DNA of 51,393 nucleotides. Origin: an uncultured Candidatus Saccharibacteria bacterium. Its GTDB lineage: Bacteria; Patescibacteriota; Minisyncoccia; Phycocordibacterales; UBA9973. The translations under genes were made by a program, and so were the position numbers. Positions 18,654 through 28,269 of this stretch are shown here, piece after piece. The notes below the pieces were generated by a model that was not told the origin of the DNA, ran no database searches, and saw only the letters and a program-made list of their open reading frames with translations. Numbering within the stretch: position 1 is the first letter of the stretch; the number at the start of each line of letters is the position of its first letter. The stretch spans positions 1-51,393 of the forward strand of contig CAZCND010000001.1 of NCBI GenBank assembly GCA_964500195.1, given 5' to 3'.

Positions 18654-19514
18654 ATGAATAAAATAAAGTTCGCTTTTTTTGGAACACCAGATGTTGCAAG
18701 CCAAACATTAGAAACTCTTAAAGTAAATGGCTATTTACCTTCTTTGATTATAACCACCCCCGATAAAAAAGCAGGTAGAGATTTAAAAATTACCCCATCT
18801 AAGGTTTCTATTTGGGCAGAAGAAAATAAAATTCCGTGTCTTAAGCCAGAAAAATTAGATAAAGATTTTCTTGAAAAACTTTTTTCTCTGACAAAAGAAA
18901 AAGGAATTGATATTTATATTGTAGTAGCCTATGGAAAAATCCTTCCGGAAGATTTAATAAAATATCCTAAGTTCAAATCTATTAATATACACTACTCTAT
19001 TTTGCCTAAATACCGTGGGGCTTCCCCACTTGAATCAGCTCTTTTGGCAGGAGAAACAGAAACAGGAGTAACCATTCAAGAAATGGAGTATAAATTAGAC
19101 TGTGGTCCAATATTAGGACTAAAAAAGGTAAGCATTGGGATAGAAACAACCAAATTAGAATTAAAAAATAAATTAATAGAAGAAGGATCTAATTTATTAC
19201 TTGAAATACTTTCCAAAATAGAAGGAGGACAGATCAATAAAATTAATCAAAACGAAAACGAGGCTACTTTTTGTAAAAAAATCAAGAAAGAAGATGGACT
19301 CATATACCCAGACGAGAATGATTTAGTAAACTGGGATAAATATAGAGCTTTCGTTGGTTGGCCAGGTGTTTATTTCTTTACCACAAAAAAAGATAAAAAC
19401 GTTAGAGTAAAAATAACAAAAGCCTCATTTAAAGACAATAAATTTATTATTGAAAAAGTTATTCCCGAAAACAAAAAGGAGATAAATTATTCTGATTTTT
19501 TAAAACAAAATTAA
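18654..19514 (+). CDS. fmt: methionyl-tRNA formyltransferase
   Basis: FFGTPDVA N-terminus and HYSILPKYRGASPLESALLAGETETGVTIQ core motif. Confidence 0.88.
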   Translation: MNKIKFAFFGTPDVASQTLETLKVNGYLPSLIITTPDKKAGRDLKITPSKVSIWAEENKIPCLKPEKLDKDFLEKLFSLTKEKGIDIYIVVAYGKILPEDLIKYPKFKSINIHYSILPKYRGASPLESALLAGETETGVTIQEMEYKLDCGPILGLKKVSIGIETTKLELKNKLIEEGSNLLLEILSKIEGGQINKINQNENEATFCKKIKKEDGLIYPDENDLVNWDKYRAFVGWPGVYFFTTKKDKNVRVKITKASFKDNKFIIEKVIPENKKEINYSDFLKQN

Positions 19515-19515
19515 A

Positions 19516-19902
19516 TTATTTAGATGTCTCAGGGTCTCGATGAGATAAACCCCTAATCATTTTCTTTATAGATTTAGCACCTCTTCGTATTAAGGTTCTC
19601 TCTCTATTTCTTCTATAATCAATTCTTCGAAAAAGTGATTCCTTAGCGTCGTCGATAGCCCCATATAAATTATCTTTTTCTGAAGAGACATAAAACTTTT
19701 TGCCAGATATTTCCGCATTAAACTCAGCCCTAAAATAATCCCCACTTTTGTGGTGTTTAGTAGTTTTTCCTACTTCTACATAAACAGACAAATTATTTTC
19801 TTCACTCAAAAGAGATTTCTCTATTGCCTCTAATCGACTATTTATATAGTCTTTTATAGCATCTGTTAATTCAATATTAGTTGCTTTGATGTTTATGTTC
19901 AT
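19516..19902 (-). CDS. hpf: ribosome hibernation promoting factor (RaiA/HPF family, short form)
   Basis: MNINIKATNIELTDAIKDYINSRL start and 128-aa length are typical of HPF/YfiA. Confidence 0.8.
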   Translation of the reverse strand: MNINIKATNIELTDAIKDYINSRLEAIEKSLLSEENNLSVYVEVGKTTKHHKSGDYFRAEFNAEISGKKFYVSSEKDNLYGAIDDAKESLFRRIDYRRNRERTLIRRGAKSIKKMIRGLSHRDPETSK

Positions 19903-19950
19903 ATTGTTTAAAAGGATTAATTATTAATACCTTTATTATAGCAAAGTTTT

Positions 19951-20172
19951 TTATAAATCAACTCTTAATAACTTACTAGGACTTTGATGCCCTTTAATTA
20001 TATGGACTTTTTTAACGGACAAATTATACAAACCTGCTATTATCTCTAAGATTCGATGATTAGCTTCATTTCTCTCTGCTTTTTCTTTAACTGAAATTAA
20101 AAAAGTTTCTTCATCTTTCTTTGTGATCTTTTCTTTTTTTGAACCCACTTTTACTCTAACTTTTAGAAACAT
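19951..20172 (-). CDS. DUF167 (YggU-like) family protein
   Basis: 73 aa with VRVKVGSKKEKI...ERNEANHRILEIIAGLYNLSVKKVHIIKGHQSPSKLLRV, matching the YggU pattern. Confidence 0.65.
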   Translation of the reverse strand: MFLKVRVKVGSKKEKITKKDEETFLISVKEKAERNEANHRILEIIAGLYNLSVKKVHIIKGHQSPSKLLRVDL

Positions 20173-20176
20173 ATTA

Positions 20177-21694
20177 TTAAATTATTTGAAAAATTTTTAA
20201 TCCAACTAATATCAAAATGATAAGACAAAGTAAACATGGCAAAAAAGCATTTTTAACTACATAAACTTCTTTATTCTTCACTCCAATAACTGCTTCTGCT
20301 GTTATGATATCAGCAAGACCTATAATTCCACCCAAACCCGCTCCGACTATTAAAAAAGATAAAATAATCTCAGCGTTCAGTCCTGAAGCTAAAGAGGCTC
20401 CATTAAACAAGGCACCAAACATCACGTTTGAAGTAGTAACACTCCCAGTTAGAAAAGATCCAAACGCTCCAAAAAGTGGTGCAAACACAGGAAGAATATT
20501 ACCTTCTAAGAATTTTGAAATTAATGAAATCACAGAAGGTAACCCTGAGGAGTTATAACCGGTACTTATCATAATTTGAACAACAGCTAAAATTGTAGCT
20601 ATCCCTATAAAAGGAATAACGGAACCCCGAAAAGCAACTTTGGAAAAATTAAATAATTTTTTCTTTTCGCTTTTCCAAAAAAAAGAAACCAAAAGAGTAA
20701 CCAATACGAAAACAAATCCTGGATTAAATAGATTAAAATTAGTTTCAAAACCTAAATTAAGAGGAATGGCAACCTTACCTATTAAAACCTTTGCTAGTAT
20801 TAAAAAGGTAACTAAAATTAAATAAGGCAAGAAAGATCTAAAAGCTGACATTTTTACTTCTGTTTCTTTTTCTGAAACATCTTCTTTGACAAGAGATAAA
20901 TTATTTTTTGGTGTTAATATTTTTAACTTAACAAAGACAGTCGCAAAAATTATTCCAATCATAGAACCTAAAATAGTTGGAAATTCTTGGCCCAAATATT
21001 TAGCTCCAATATAAGAAGGGATTAAAAATAAAAAGCCAGACAATAAAGCAAACGGTACGGCCTCTAAAAACTCTTTTTTTCTATTTGGCCTACCTTTTGT
21101 TATAAACCAAAGCATAAAGACAGGTATCAAAATACCAACAAAATTAAAAATTGAAGCGATAACAGGAACATTAGCTACAGAGAGCCCAGCAAAACCAACC
21201 TTAATTGGTGTTCCAGCGGCCCCAAAAATACCTGCCACACTATTACCCAAGAGCCCAACAACTAAAGCTTTCATTGGAGTAAGACCGATACCTATAAGTA
21301 GTGGTATGGCTATCGCGGCAGGAGTCCCAAATCCAGCTGTTCCTTCTAAAAAAGCTTCAAAAAACCAAGCGATAATTATAACCTGAACTCGATAGTCAGA
21401 TGAAATACTAGATAAATAGTATGAAATATTCTTGATTATCTTTAAATCTTTTAATAATTCTAAAAAGAAAATAGCTCCAAAAATTATAATAAAAATATCA
21501 AGAGCCAGTAGTATCCCCTTGGAATAAGAAATGTATAAAGCCAAGGGTTGTATTTGCCAATAAAAAATCGCCAAAACAGTATAAAGACCAAGAGTCACAC
21601 TAGAAGCCAACAATAAAGTTGATTTTTTTCTAAAAAGCAAAAAAATAAAAACCAAAAAAGGTAAAATAGACAAAACTAAAGGTAAATAATCCAT
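20177..21694 (-). CDS. lctP: L-lactate/glycolate permease family (LctP) transporter
   Basis: Polytopic protein with FFEAFLEGTAGFGTPAAIAIPLLIGIGL, matching the LctP signature FLEGAAGFGAPVAI. Start taken at MDYLPLV (TGGTATTAT 6 nt upstream); the ORF track extends to 21787. Confidence 0.75.
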   Translation of the reverse strand: MDYLPLVLSILPFLVFIFLLFRKKSTLLLASSVTLGLYTVLAIFYWQIQPLALYISYSKGILLALDIFIIIFGAIFFLELLKDLKIIKNISYYLSSISSDYRVQVIIIAWFFEAFLEGTAGFGTPAAIAIPLLIGIGLTPMKALVVGLLGNSVAGIFGAAGTPIKVGFAGLSVANVPVIASIFNFVGILIPVFMLWFITKGRPNRKKEFLEAVPFALLSGFLFLIPSYIGAKYLGQEFPTILGSMIGIIFATVFVKLKILTPKNNLSLVKEDVSEKETEVKMSAFRSFLPYLILVTFLILAKVLIGKVAIPLNLGFETNFNLFNPGFVFVLVTLLVSFFWKSEKKKLFNFSKVAFRGSVIPFIGIATILAVVQIMISTGYNSSGLPSVISLISKFLEGNILPVFAPLFGAFGSFLTGSVTTSNVMFGALFNGASLASGLNAEIILSFLIVGAGLGGIIGLADIITAEAVIGVKNKEVYVVKNAFLPCLLCLIILILVGLKIFQII

Positions 21695-21767
21695 AAAATT
21701 ATAATACCACATAGATATTAGATTAAACAGTGTTTTCCGCTCTTTTTTATGATATGATTTGACATGT

Positions 21768-22844
21768 ATGAGAATAGAAGATGACATAAAATTAGATTAT
21801 GGGGATGTCTTACTTCGTCCAAAGAGAAGTACTTTAACTTCAAGAAAAGATGTAGATATAACTCGTCAGTTTAGTTTCTATCATTCTAATAAGACCTGGC
21901 AAGGTATCCCAATTATTGCTTCTAACATGGCGACTTGTGGAACTTTTAAAATGGCAAAGATTTTATCTAAACATAAAATGATTACTGCTTTTCACAAGTA
22001 TTACTCTGTGAAAGATTACCAAGAATTTTTTAAGGATTTTGATGATTCTGACTATATAATTTACACTCTTGGTATCAGACAAGAAGATATTGATAAGCTA
22101 AAAGAGATGATTAACCTTGGCTTAATTGATAAATTCTCTTTTATTTGTATTGATGTGCCTAATGGATATTTAGAAAGATTTTCAGAAACTATCAAACTCG
22201 TTAGGGGGCTTTGTCCAAACCACATTATTATTGCTGGTAATGTTGTCACGAATGAAATGGCTGAACAAATAATTCTCTCTGGTGCTGATATCGTTAAAAT
22301 AGGGATAGGTCCTGGTTCTGTTTGTACGACAAGAAGAATGGCTGGGGTAGGCTACCCACAACTTTCAGCTGTAATTGAATGTGCCGATGCAGCTCATGGA
22401 CTAACAAACGGCAAGGGTGGGTATGGACTTGTTATTGCTGATGGAGGTCAACAATATCCTTCTTGTTTTGCTAAAGCTTTTTGTGCAGGAGCTGATTTCA
22501 ATATGGCTGGTTCTCTTTTCTCTGGCTTCGATGAAAGTGATGGAAAATTAGTTGAAAAAGAAGGTAAAAAATATAAAGAATATTTTGGTTCTTCTTCAAA
22601 CAAAGCTTTGCTTGAATTTTACGGACAAAAATCAGACTATCGCGCTAAAGAAGGTCGTTATGTTTTGATGCCACATAAAGGTCCAATAGAAAACTTTATC
22701 CAAGATTTATTTGGGTCTTTGCGTAGTGCTGGAACTTATATTGGCGCAAGAAAATTAAAGGAGTTTCCCAAAAAAGCTACTTTTATAAGGGTCAACCATC
22801 AACTTACTGATTATTTAGAAAAATACGATCAAGAAATACAATAA
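21768..22844 (+). CDS. guaC: GMP reductase
   Basis: MRIEDDIKLDYGDVLLRPKRS N-terminus as in GuaC, GIGPGSVCTTR active-site loop, no CBS insert. The ORF-track start 21759 is a TTG. Confidence 0.85.
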   Translation: MRIEDDIKLDYGDVLLRPKRSTLTSRKDVDITRQFSFYHSNKTWQGIPIIASNMATCGTFKMAKILSKHKMITAFHKYYSVKDYQEFFKDFDDSDYIIYTLGIRQEDIDKLKEMINLGLIDKFSFICIDVPNGYLERFSETIKLVRGLCPNHIIIAGNVVTNEMAEQIILSGADIVKIGIGPGSVCTTRRMAGVGYPQLSAVIECADAAHGLTNGKGGYGLVIADGGQQYPSCFAKAFCAGADFNMAGSLFSGFDESDGKLVEKEGKKYKEYFGSSSNKALLEFYGQKSDYRAKEGRYVLMPHKGPIENFIQDLFGSLRSAGTYIGARKLKEFPKKATFIRVNHQLTDYLEKYDQEIQ

Positions 22845-22871
22845 AAAAACTCTCCGCGAGGAGAGTTTTTT
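22844..22871. terminator. intrinsic terminator (bidirectional)
   Basis: AACTCTCC GCGA GGAGAGTT hairpin flanked by A and T runs. Confidence 0.75.
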
Positions 22872-22872
22872 A

Positions 22873-23451
22873 TTATTTCTTCTTTAACCAATCTATCATC
22901 TTTCTCATCGTTCCAGGTCCGACAACTCCATCATCCTTTAAACCAAAATCTTTCTGAATTTTTTTGATAGCAGAAAGAGTGGTTGATCCAAAATCGTTAT
23001 CTACCCTATTGTTAGTCCCGTTATATACATTTACAAACTTTTGAATTGTTCCAACTGCTGTACCTTGTGAACCATTTTTTAATGTGATATTACCATTAAC
23101 TAGTTTCTGTAATTCATCTATCAGGGTTTGATATTTGTATGTTGTGGTTTTGCTTGGGGTCGGAGTAGTTGTTGTCTTTACTGGAATTTCTTCTTCTACC
23201 ACTTCTGGTTCTTCTTTGTTGTTAGCCACTTCCAATTCTAATGTGTTTTTTTCTTCTTCTAACAAAGAAAGTTCTTTTTTTAGCTCTGTATTCTCTTTCT
23301 TCAATTCTTCATTTTCTTTTACCATCTGCTCTTGTTTTTCTTTATTAACGTGATAGCTACCTGACTCAATAGTTGAAAAAGCCCAATAACCAGCAAAACC
23401 CAAAGCTCCTAAAACTATTATTGAAAAAAGTACAAACTTAAAATTCTCCAT
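22873..23451 (-). CDS. membrane-anchored coiled-coil protein with C-terminal peptidoglycan-binding domain
   Basis: N-terminal TM, KE-rich coiled coil, and C-terminal LKNGSQGTAVGTIQKF...DFGSTTLSAIKKIQKDFGLKDDGVVGPGT (PG_binding_1 pattern). Confidence 0.7.
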   Translation of the reverse strand: MENFKFVLFSIIVLGALGFAGYWAFSTIESGSYHVNKEKQEQMVKENEELKKENTELKKELSLLEEEKNTLELEVANNKEEPEVVEEEIPVKTTTTPTPSKTTTYKYQTLIDELQKLVNGNITLKNGSQGTAVGTIQKFVNVYNGTNNRVDNDFGSTTLSAIKKIQKDFGLKDDGVVGPGTMRKMIDWLKKK

Positions 23452-23458
23452 AAATATT

Positions 23459-24142
23459 TTATTTAATTAAAAATCTAAGAGTTGAAACAACTCTAACCTT
23501 TTTATATTCTGGTGATCCGGGGTCTTTCTGGGTAATACTAAAGACTCCTTGGTTCCCACGAGAGATCTTAGAAACGAGCGACCCTGTCTCACTAGCTATT
23601 TGATCTGCAGTATTTTTAGCATTTTCTATAGATTCTGCTAACATCTCAGGTTTTATACTGTTTATATCTGAAAATTCAAACTCTATGTAGTTACTTCCCA
23701 TTGTTATACCCTTCTTGATTAAAGGAAGAGTGTCTTGGGAAGTAGATCTAACCAAATCAACCTTATTAGAATAAACAGATAGATCTATGTGTGAATTATA
23801 CAAGAACCGAGCTTCTTTATAAGTATCTTGATATATATTTATTGGGGCCACATTAATTTCAGATTCTTCGAAACCTTTTTCTAATAAGAAATCTTTTATC
23901 ATCTTAAGGTTGTTTTCTATTTGGGAATATAAATCATCAGCACTATTAGAATTAGCAGAAAAACCAATAGTCCAAATAGCCACATCAGCTTTAACAATTC
24001 TTTCTGCTGAACCCTTAACTTCTACATAAGATCCTTGCCGTGAAAAATTACCAGCCGCAAAAAAGAAAGCAACTGAAAACAAAACAACACCAACTGCTAT
24101 AATAATAAAACTCACATTTTTTAATTTAGATGTTTTTTCCAT
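23459..24142 (-). CDS. SIMPL/DUF541 domain protein
   Basis: 227 aa with an N-terminal anchor; the pattern VKGSAERIVKADVAIWTIGF and overall layout are typical of SIMPL. TGATATAAT lies 8 nt upstream of the ATG. Confidence 0.65.
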   Translation of the reverse strand: MEKTSKLKNVSFIIIAVGVVLFSVAFFFAAGNFSRQGSYVEVKGSAERIVKADVAIWTIGFSANSNSADDLYSQIENNLKMIKDFLLEKGFEESEINVAPINIYQDTYKEARFLYNSHIDLSVYSNKVDLVRSTSQDTLPLIKKGITMGSNYIEFEFSDINSIKPEMLAESIENAKNTADQIASETGSLVSKISRGNQGVFSITQKDPGSPEYKKVRVVSTLRFLIK

Positions 24143-24171
24143 ATACTAAAATTATATCACAGACAGATAAT

Positions 24172-24203
24172 AAAAGGAAAGCCCCAATTGGGGCTTTCCT
24201 TTT
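24172..24203 (-). terminator. intrinsic terminator after the small basic ORF
   Basis: GGAAAGCCCC AATT GGGGCTTTCC hairpin plus a T run in minus orientation, immediately after stop 24202-24204. Confidence 0.75.
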
Positions 24204-24324
24204 ATTTCTTATTTTTAGTGTTCTTTTTTACTAGCATTTCTCTTTTTATAGCTAATCTTTTAGCTGTTTTAGGAGAGTGTTTAGATTTTACATGTGGATG
24301 TAATGACGTTGCTCTTTTGGCCAT
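24202..24324 (-). CDS. 40-aa highly basic protein (not in the ORF track)
   Basis: ATG..TAA ORF encoding MAKRATSLHPHVKSKHSPKTAKRLAIKREMLVKKNTKNKK, followed directly by a strong terminator. Composition is ribosomal-protein-like, but no family was recognised. Confidence 0.45.
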   Translation of the reverse strand: MAKRATSLHPHVKSKHSPKTAKRLAIKREMLVKKNTKNKK

Positions 24325-24440
24325 AATATATTTTATGATTCTAGTCTTAACCAGAAATAATTAAATTAATAAAACTATTTTTAGTATAATCTTTTTAATT
24401 AAAATAAGCTACTATTTATTAAAAGAATTGTGTGTAAAAA

Positions 24441-24502
24441 CAAAAAACCACCCGAGGGCGGATTTTTGCCAACTGAAGCTATCTTGCGATAACGACTGCT
24501 GT
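24441..24502 (-). ncRNA. candidate ~60-nt small RNA
   Basis: Minus strand: TTGTTT, 16-nt spacer, TGTTATAAT (-10 at 24509-24514). Then hairpin GUUAUC-GCAA-GAUAGC (24478-24493, GNRA loop), then CCGCCC-UCG-GGUGG plus a U run (24441-24461). Confidence 0.35.
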
Positions 24503-24600
24503 CCAATTATTATAACAAGAAAAGAAAAAGAAACAAGCCAAATCTGTGGATAACTCAAACACCCTTTTGGCCTTATTTTATGGTATTATTTTATCCATAT

Positions 24601-25224
24601 ATGGACTTATTATTACTTTCACTGAAAGGTTTATTGATCGGATTATTTGTAGCTTTTCCTTGCGGACCCGTAGGTTTAATCTATATTAAGAGAGCAACAA
24701 CAGATGGGTTTTTGGCTGGTTTTGTCTCTGGTCTTGGTTTAGCCTTTGCACATCTTCTCTACGCGGTAGCTTTAGTTTTTGGTTATCTCGAAATATTAAC
24801 AATTTTCAATAATAATAAAAAAATTCTAATAATCATAAGTTCAATTTTTCTAATTGCCATAGGTTACATTATTTTTCGTACTAAGCAAAAAAAATTCTTC
24901 CGTTCAGAAATAAATAACTCTAAAACCCTTGTGGGTTTTTTCTTGTCAGCTTTTATAATAACCTTGGCCAATCCAATAGTTATTGTCCAATTCTCATTTT
25001 TCTTTTCTTTATTTAAAATCTTCTCTATTTCTAATTTAAAGGATTATCTTTTTTTAATCAACGGAATAGTAATTGGGTCTCTCTCGTGGCCAATCTTAAC
25101 TTCTTTAATTTTACCAAAGATTGGGCACAGACTTCCACCCACAAAATTGAACAATTTTCAAAAAATTATTGGACTTCTAATTATATTTAGTGGTTGTGCT
25201 TTTGCCCTAAGAGCTCTTATTTAA
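24601..25224 (+). CDS. LysE/RhtB-family amino-acid exporter
   Basis: About 6 TM helices and an N-terminal LLIGLFVAFPCGPVGLIYI motif typical of LysE-type translocators. An alternative start is at 24580. Confidence 0.7.
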   Translation: MDLLLLSLKGLLIGLFVAFPCGPVGLIYIKRATTDGFLAGFVSGLGLAFAHLLYAVALVFGYLEILTIFNNNKKILIIISSIFLIAIGYIIFRTKQKKFFRSEINNSKTLVGFFLSAFIITLANPIVIVQFSFFFSLFKIFSISNLKDYLFLINGIVIGSLSWPILTSLILPKIGHRLPPTKLNNFQKIIGLLIIFSGCAFALRALI

Positions 25225-25228
25225 GAAA

Positions 25229-26473
25229 CTATCCAAACATAAGCCATTCTGGTTTAAAAACAAGCAAAATACCAATTATAACCATCAACAATCCTCCAAT
25301 AAAACTTGAATATCTAGCATATTTATTTGTTATTCCTGTCATTTTTAGGGTAAACATTGCGATAAAAAAGACAATAAGATCATCTATCATAAAGAAAAAG
25401 ATATACAACAAAATATATAAATAGTAAGCAAATTTAGGCAAACTATTCATAGCTAATACTTGAGTAAAAACAGCTGGCAAACCAGCAGAACAAACGAGTT
25501 CAACCAAATTAACTGCAAAAGCTAAAATAATTATTCCCCCCAAAGCCAACCACAAATTATTTTGTTTTGCTATATTTTTTAATTTATCAAAAATTTTTTG
25601 TTTCTTCTCCCCTTCTGTCACCTCACATGTTCCAGCTTTATTTTTGAAAAACTTTTTAAGACTATATCCTCCACCAAACAAAGCAAGTCCTGCTATCAGC
25701 AACCTAACCCAAATGATAATTCCAAGGAATAATATTAAGTTTAACCAAGCAGCCATAAAAATAAAATAAACAGAAGCTGAAGCCACAATAAAAGCAGTTC
25801 CCAATGTCCACATCCTTTTCTTGTCTTTCATTCCTAAAAGTAGGCTTATTAAAAATATAAGCACCCACATAGCACAAGGATTAAATCCATCAAGTACACC
25901 CATTAAAACAGCTAAAATAGGTAAAGAGACTTTATATATATCTTTCTTCCCCAAAAACGGTAATTTAATCATCTTTTCATCGTTACCTTCGGGGTTAATA
26001 CCACTTCCGATCTCTCCTTCATCTTTTATGTCTTCTTTCGATGATCCTCCAATCTTTACGTCAGCCTTCCCTCTTGTTCCTAAAATACGCCCAGTCTCAT
26101 TTGGATAATCTTGTTCCAAACATTCATTTATTCTTTTTTCTATTTGGACTGGAGTTGAAAGTTCATCAAACCCAATAAACGTTTTATCCCCTATTATTAA
26201 AAACGGAATTGCCCCTCCCTCCGCTTTTAAAAAAGTAGCCATCTCCTGCAAAAGTAATGCATTCTCTCGATTAAAATAAACCTCATAAGTTATTAGGTTT
26301 AAATCAGGATATTTGTTTTTTATACTGTCAAAAAATTCAATTTCTTTTGCACAATGTGGGCACCCAGTACCATGAAACAGATAAGCATCCACCTCACTAG
26401 AAGCTTCTGAAACAAAAAACACACCCCCAAAAAAAAGAAAGGCAAAAGTTATAACCGCAAAAAATCTTTTCAT
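25229..26473 (-). CDS. thioredoxin-fold (CPHC) domain fused to a DsbD/CcdA-like membrane thiol-disulfide transporter
   Basis: Signal peptide, GTGCPHCAKEIEFF redox motif, then a polytopic domain with DGFNPCAMWVL and LVCSAGLP Cys-containing helices. Confidence 0.65.
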   Translation of the reverse strand: MKRFFAVITFAFLFFGGVFFVSEASSEVDAYLFHGTGCPHCAKEIEFFDSIKNKYPDLNLITYEVYFNRENALLLQEMATFLKAEGGAIPFLIIGDKTFIGFDELSTPVQIEKRINECLEQDYPNETGRILGTRGKADVKIGGSSKEDIKDEGEIGSGINPEGNDEKMIKLPFLGKKDIYKVSLPILAVLMGVLDGFNPCAMWVLIFLISLLLGMKDKKRMWTLGTAFIVASASVYFIFMAAWLNLILFLGIIIWVRLLIAGLALFGGGYSLKKFFKNKAGTCEVTEGEKKQKIFDKLKNIAKQNNLWLALGGIIILAFAVNLVELVCSAGLPAVFTQVLAMNSLPKFAYYLYILLYIFFFMIDDLIVFFIAMFTLKMTGITNKYARYSSFIGGLLMVIIGILLVFKPEWLMFG

Positions 26474-26570
26474 AATTTCAAAATTAAAATAATTAAATTT
26501 CTAAATACTTATTTTTAAACCACTATATTGTAACCTATTTTTGAATTTTTTGTAATTAGGAATAGGTTCA

Positions 26571-26615
26571 AAAACACAAATGACTTATTTTTACAAATAA
26601 GTCATTTGTGTTTTT
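26571..26615. terminator. long perfect hairpin (about 20-bp stem), bidirectional terminator
   Basis: AAAACACAAATGACTTATTT TTAC AAATAAGTCATTTGTGTTTT. The 3' arm overlaps the stop of the DUF5320-like ORF. Confidence 0.7.
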
Positions 26616-26823
26616 ACTTTACAATTTCATCATCACTTTTTATTTTTTCCTCTTTCTTTTCTTCATTTTCTGATTTAGCTAAAAATGCTCTCCTTGTAAA
26701 GAATCTTCTTAAACCGATTCTATTCTTTTGTCCTCTGAAAAGATTAGAATTGCCACAATTACCCATTCCTCTCCCTGTCATTGGACCTTCTTCTCTTGGT
26801 CCCATTCCATTTAAATTGGCCAT
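26614..26823 (-). CDS. DUF5320-like small protein
   Basis: 69 aa; N-terminal GMGPREEGPMTGRGMGNCG matches the Gly/Met/Pro-rich DUF5320 pattern. Confidence 0.55.
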   Translation of the reverse strand: MANLNGMGPREEGPMTGRGMGNCGNSNLFRGQKNRIGLRRFFTRRAFLAKSENEEKKEEKIKSDDEIVK

Positions 26824-27065
26824 AATATTTATACAAAATTTTAGAAATAATTATTTCGACCTATTGTTCTTTATATTATGAATATATACCCATTATAAAA
26901 GAAAGTCAAGACCCTCATTAAAAAATAAGGCACAAAAGAGGCAGTCCTCATTACCTTTTAATTACATGGTTTTTATTTTAAACAAAATTCACAAAGAAAA
27001 ATTTTCTTGTATAAATATTAATAATTGCGATGGGTTTTTAATTTTTTTAAGTTTTTCTAACATCT

Positions 27066-27689
27066 TCAGATTGTAATCCCTAAAATATTTGATAATTCTA
27101 ATTTTAAAGATTCATTATCCTTATACAAAACTGGAACATATCCAATACTATATGCCCCTTTCAAAGATCTATAAGAATCATCTATAAACACAACTTCACT
27201 CGCTTTAACCTTTAATTTATCAAACAATATTTGGAAAATTTCTGGCTGAGGTTTTTGAAAACCAACTTCTGCGGAAATTATTATTTCATCAAATATATCT
27301 ATAATTCCATCTTCTTTTAATTTATTTCTTAATTCTGTTGAGTTATTACTAAGCAATGCTGTTTTGTATCCCTTTTCTCTCAAATCTTTTATAAATTCTA
27401 TTAATTCATTATTTAAATGATATTTTCCCTTATTAGACTTCAATAAATCTGAAGCGTGGTTTATTGCCTCTTCTCCTTCGTTAAATTTTGAAACTATCAT
27501 CTTAAAAACATCTTCAGATCTTACATTTTCTGTATTAAACAAATGGTTTACCTTAAAATACTCTCTTTCCCATTCTTCTTTAGTTATATTCAAATACTCA
27601 CAAATATCGGCAAACAGATCGTTATCATTTATCTTTATCACTCCTCCATAATCAAATACAATCACTTTAATACCTTCTCTCTTTTCCAT
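27066..27689 (-). CDS. HAD-superfamily hydrolase (subfamily IA-like)
   Basis: Motif I VIVFDYGGVI, motif II LLSNNS, motif III KPQPEIF, motif IV FIDDS. TGTTATAAT lies 7 nt upstream of the ATG. Confidence 0.8.
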   Translation of the reverse strand: MEKREGIKVIVFDYGGVIKINDNDLFADICEYLNITKEEWEREYFKVNHLFNTENVRSEDVFKMIVSKFNEGEEAINHASDLLKSNKGKYHLNNELIEFIKDLREKGYKTALLSNNSTELRNKLKEDGIIDIFDEIIISAEVGFQKPQPEIFQILFDKLKVKASEVVFIDDSYRSLKGAYSIGYVPVLYKDNESLKLELSNILGITI

Positions 27690-27865
27690 TTTTTTTATTA
27701 TAACATAAACATAAATTGTTTTTAATCTTTAATAGCTTCGATGTAAAGAAATGAGTACGAGATGTGTACCTCGGTAATACTTTAGCTGTTTTCTCATAAA
27801 ACTGCCAAAGTGTGTCATGATCCATAGTAAACTGTATTGGTGAAAAAAAATTTAAAAAATAAAGT

Positions 27866-28264
27866 CTAATTATTTTTTTTATACTCTTTTATTAATTCTA
27901 CATCTTTAAAATCCTTTTCCCCTCCAGATGCCATTTTAAATTTAAGGAGTTCTTCTATGTTCATAAAAGGAATACCGTCTATTAAAAAAGCTGTCTTAAT
28001 CGCTTCTTCTGTTGTTGTCTTATATTTATCCCAATTTAATTCACTATTAATCTCAAATGCATCCTTTTTTAAAAAAATCTTTCCATAATTTTCAAATTCT
28101 TCCCATTCTCCTGTTTTTCTTAATTTCTGGTGTAATTCTTTGGTAACTGATAAATCTATATCATTAGCTCTTCTAATTCCAAGAATATCCATTACCCCAC
28201 TACCAATAACAACATACTGGCCTTTTGGTAAATTTAATTCTTTAATTTTTTGGATTATGTTCAT
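27866..28264 (-). CDS. minimal nucleotidyltransferase (Pol-beta superfamily)
   Basis: 132 aa with GSGVMDILGIRRANDIDLSV (GS-x9-13-DxD) and a C-terminal ASGGEKDFKDVELI helix. Confidence 0.6.
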   Translation of the reverse strand: MNIIQKIKELNLPKGQYVVIGSGVMDILGIRRANDIDLSVTKELHQKLRKTGEWEEFENYGKIFLKKDAFEINSELNWDKYKTTTEEAIKTAFLIDGIPFMNIEELLKFKMASGGEKDFKDVELIKEYKKNN

Positions 28265-28269
28265 TAACT

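Noticed and set aside
21695-21787. N-terminal extension of the lctP-like ORF, and the TTG start (21759) of guaC
   Set aside because: The extension overlaps the divergent guaC start. MDYLPLV (21694) has a -10 box 6 nt upstream, and MRIEDD (21768) matches the canonical GuaC N-terminus.
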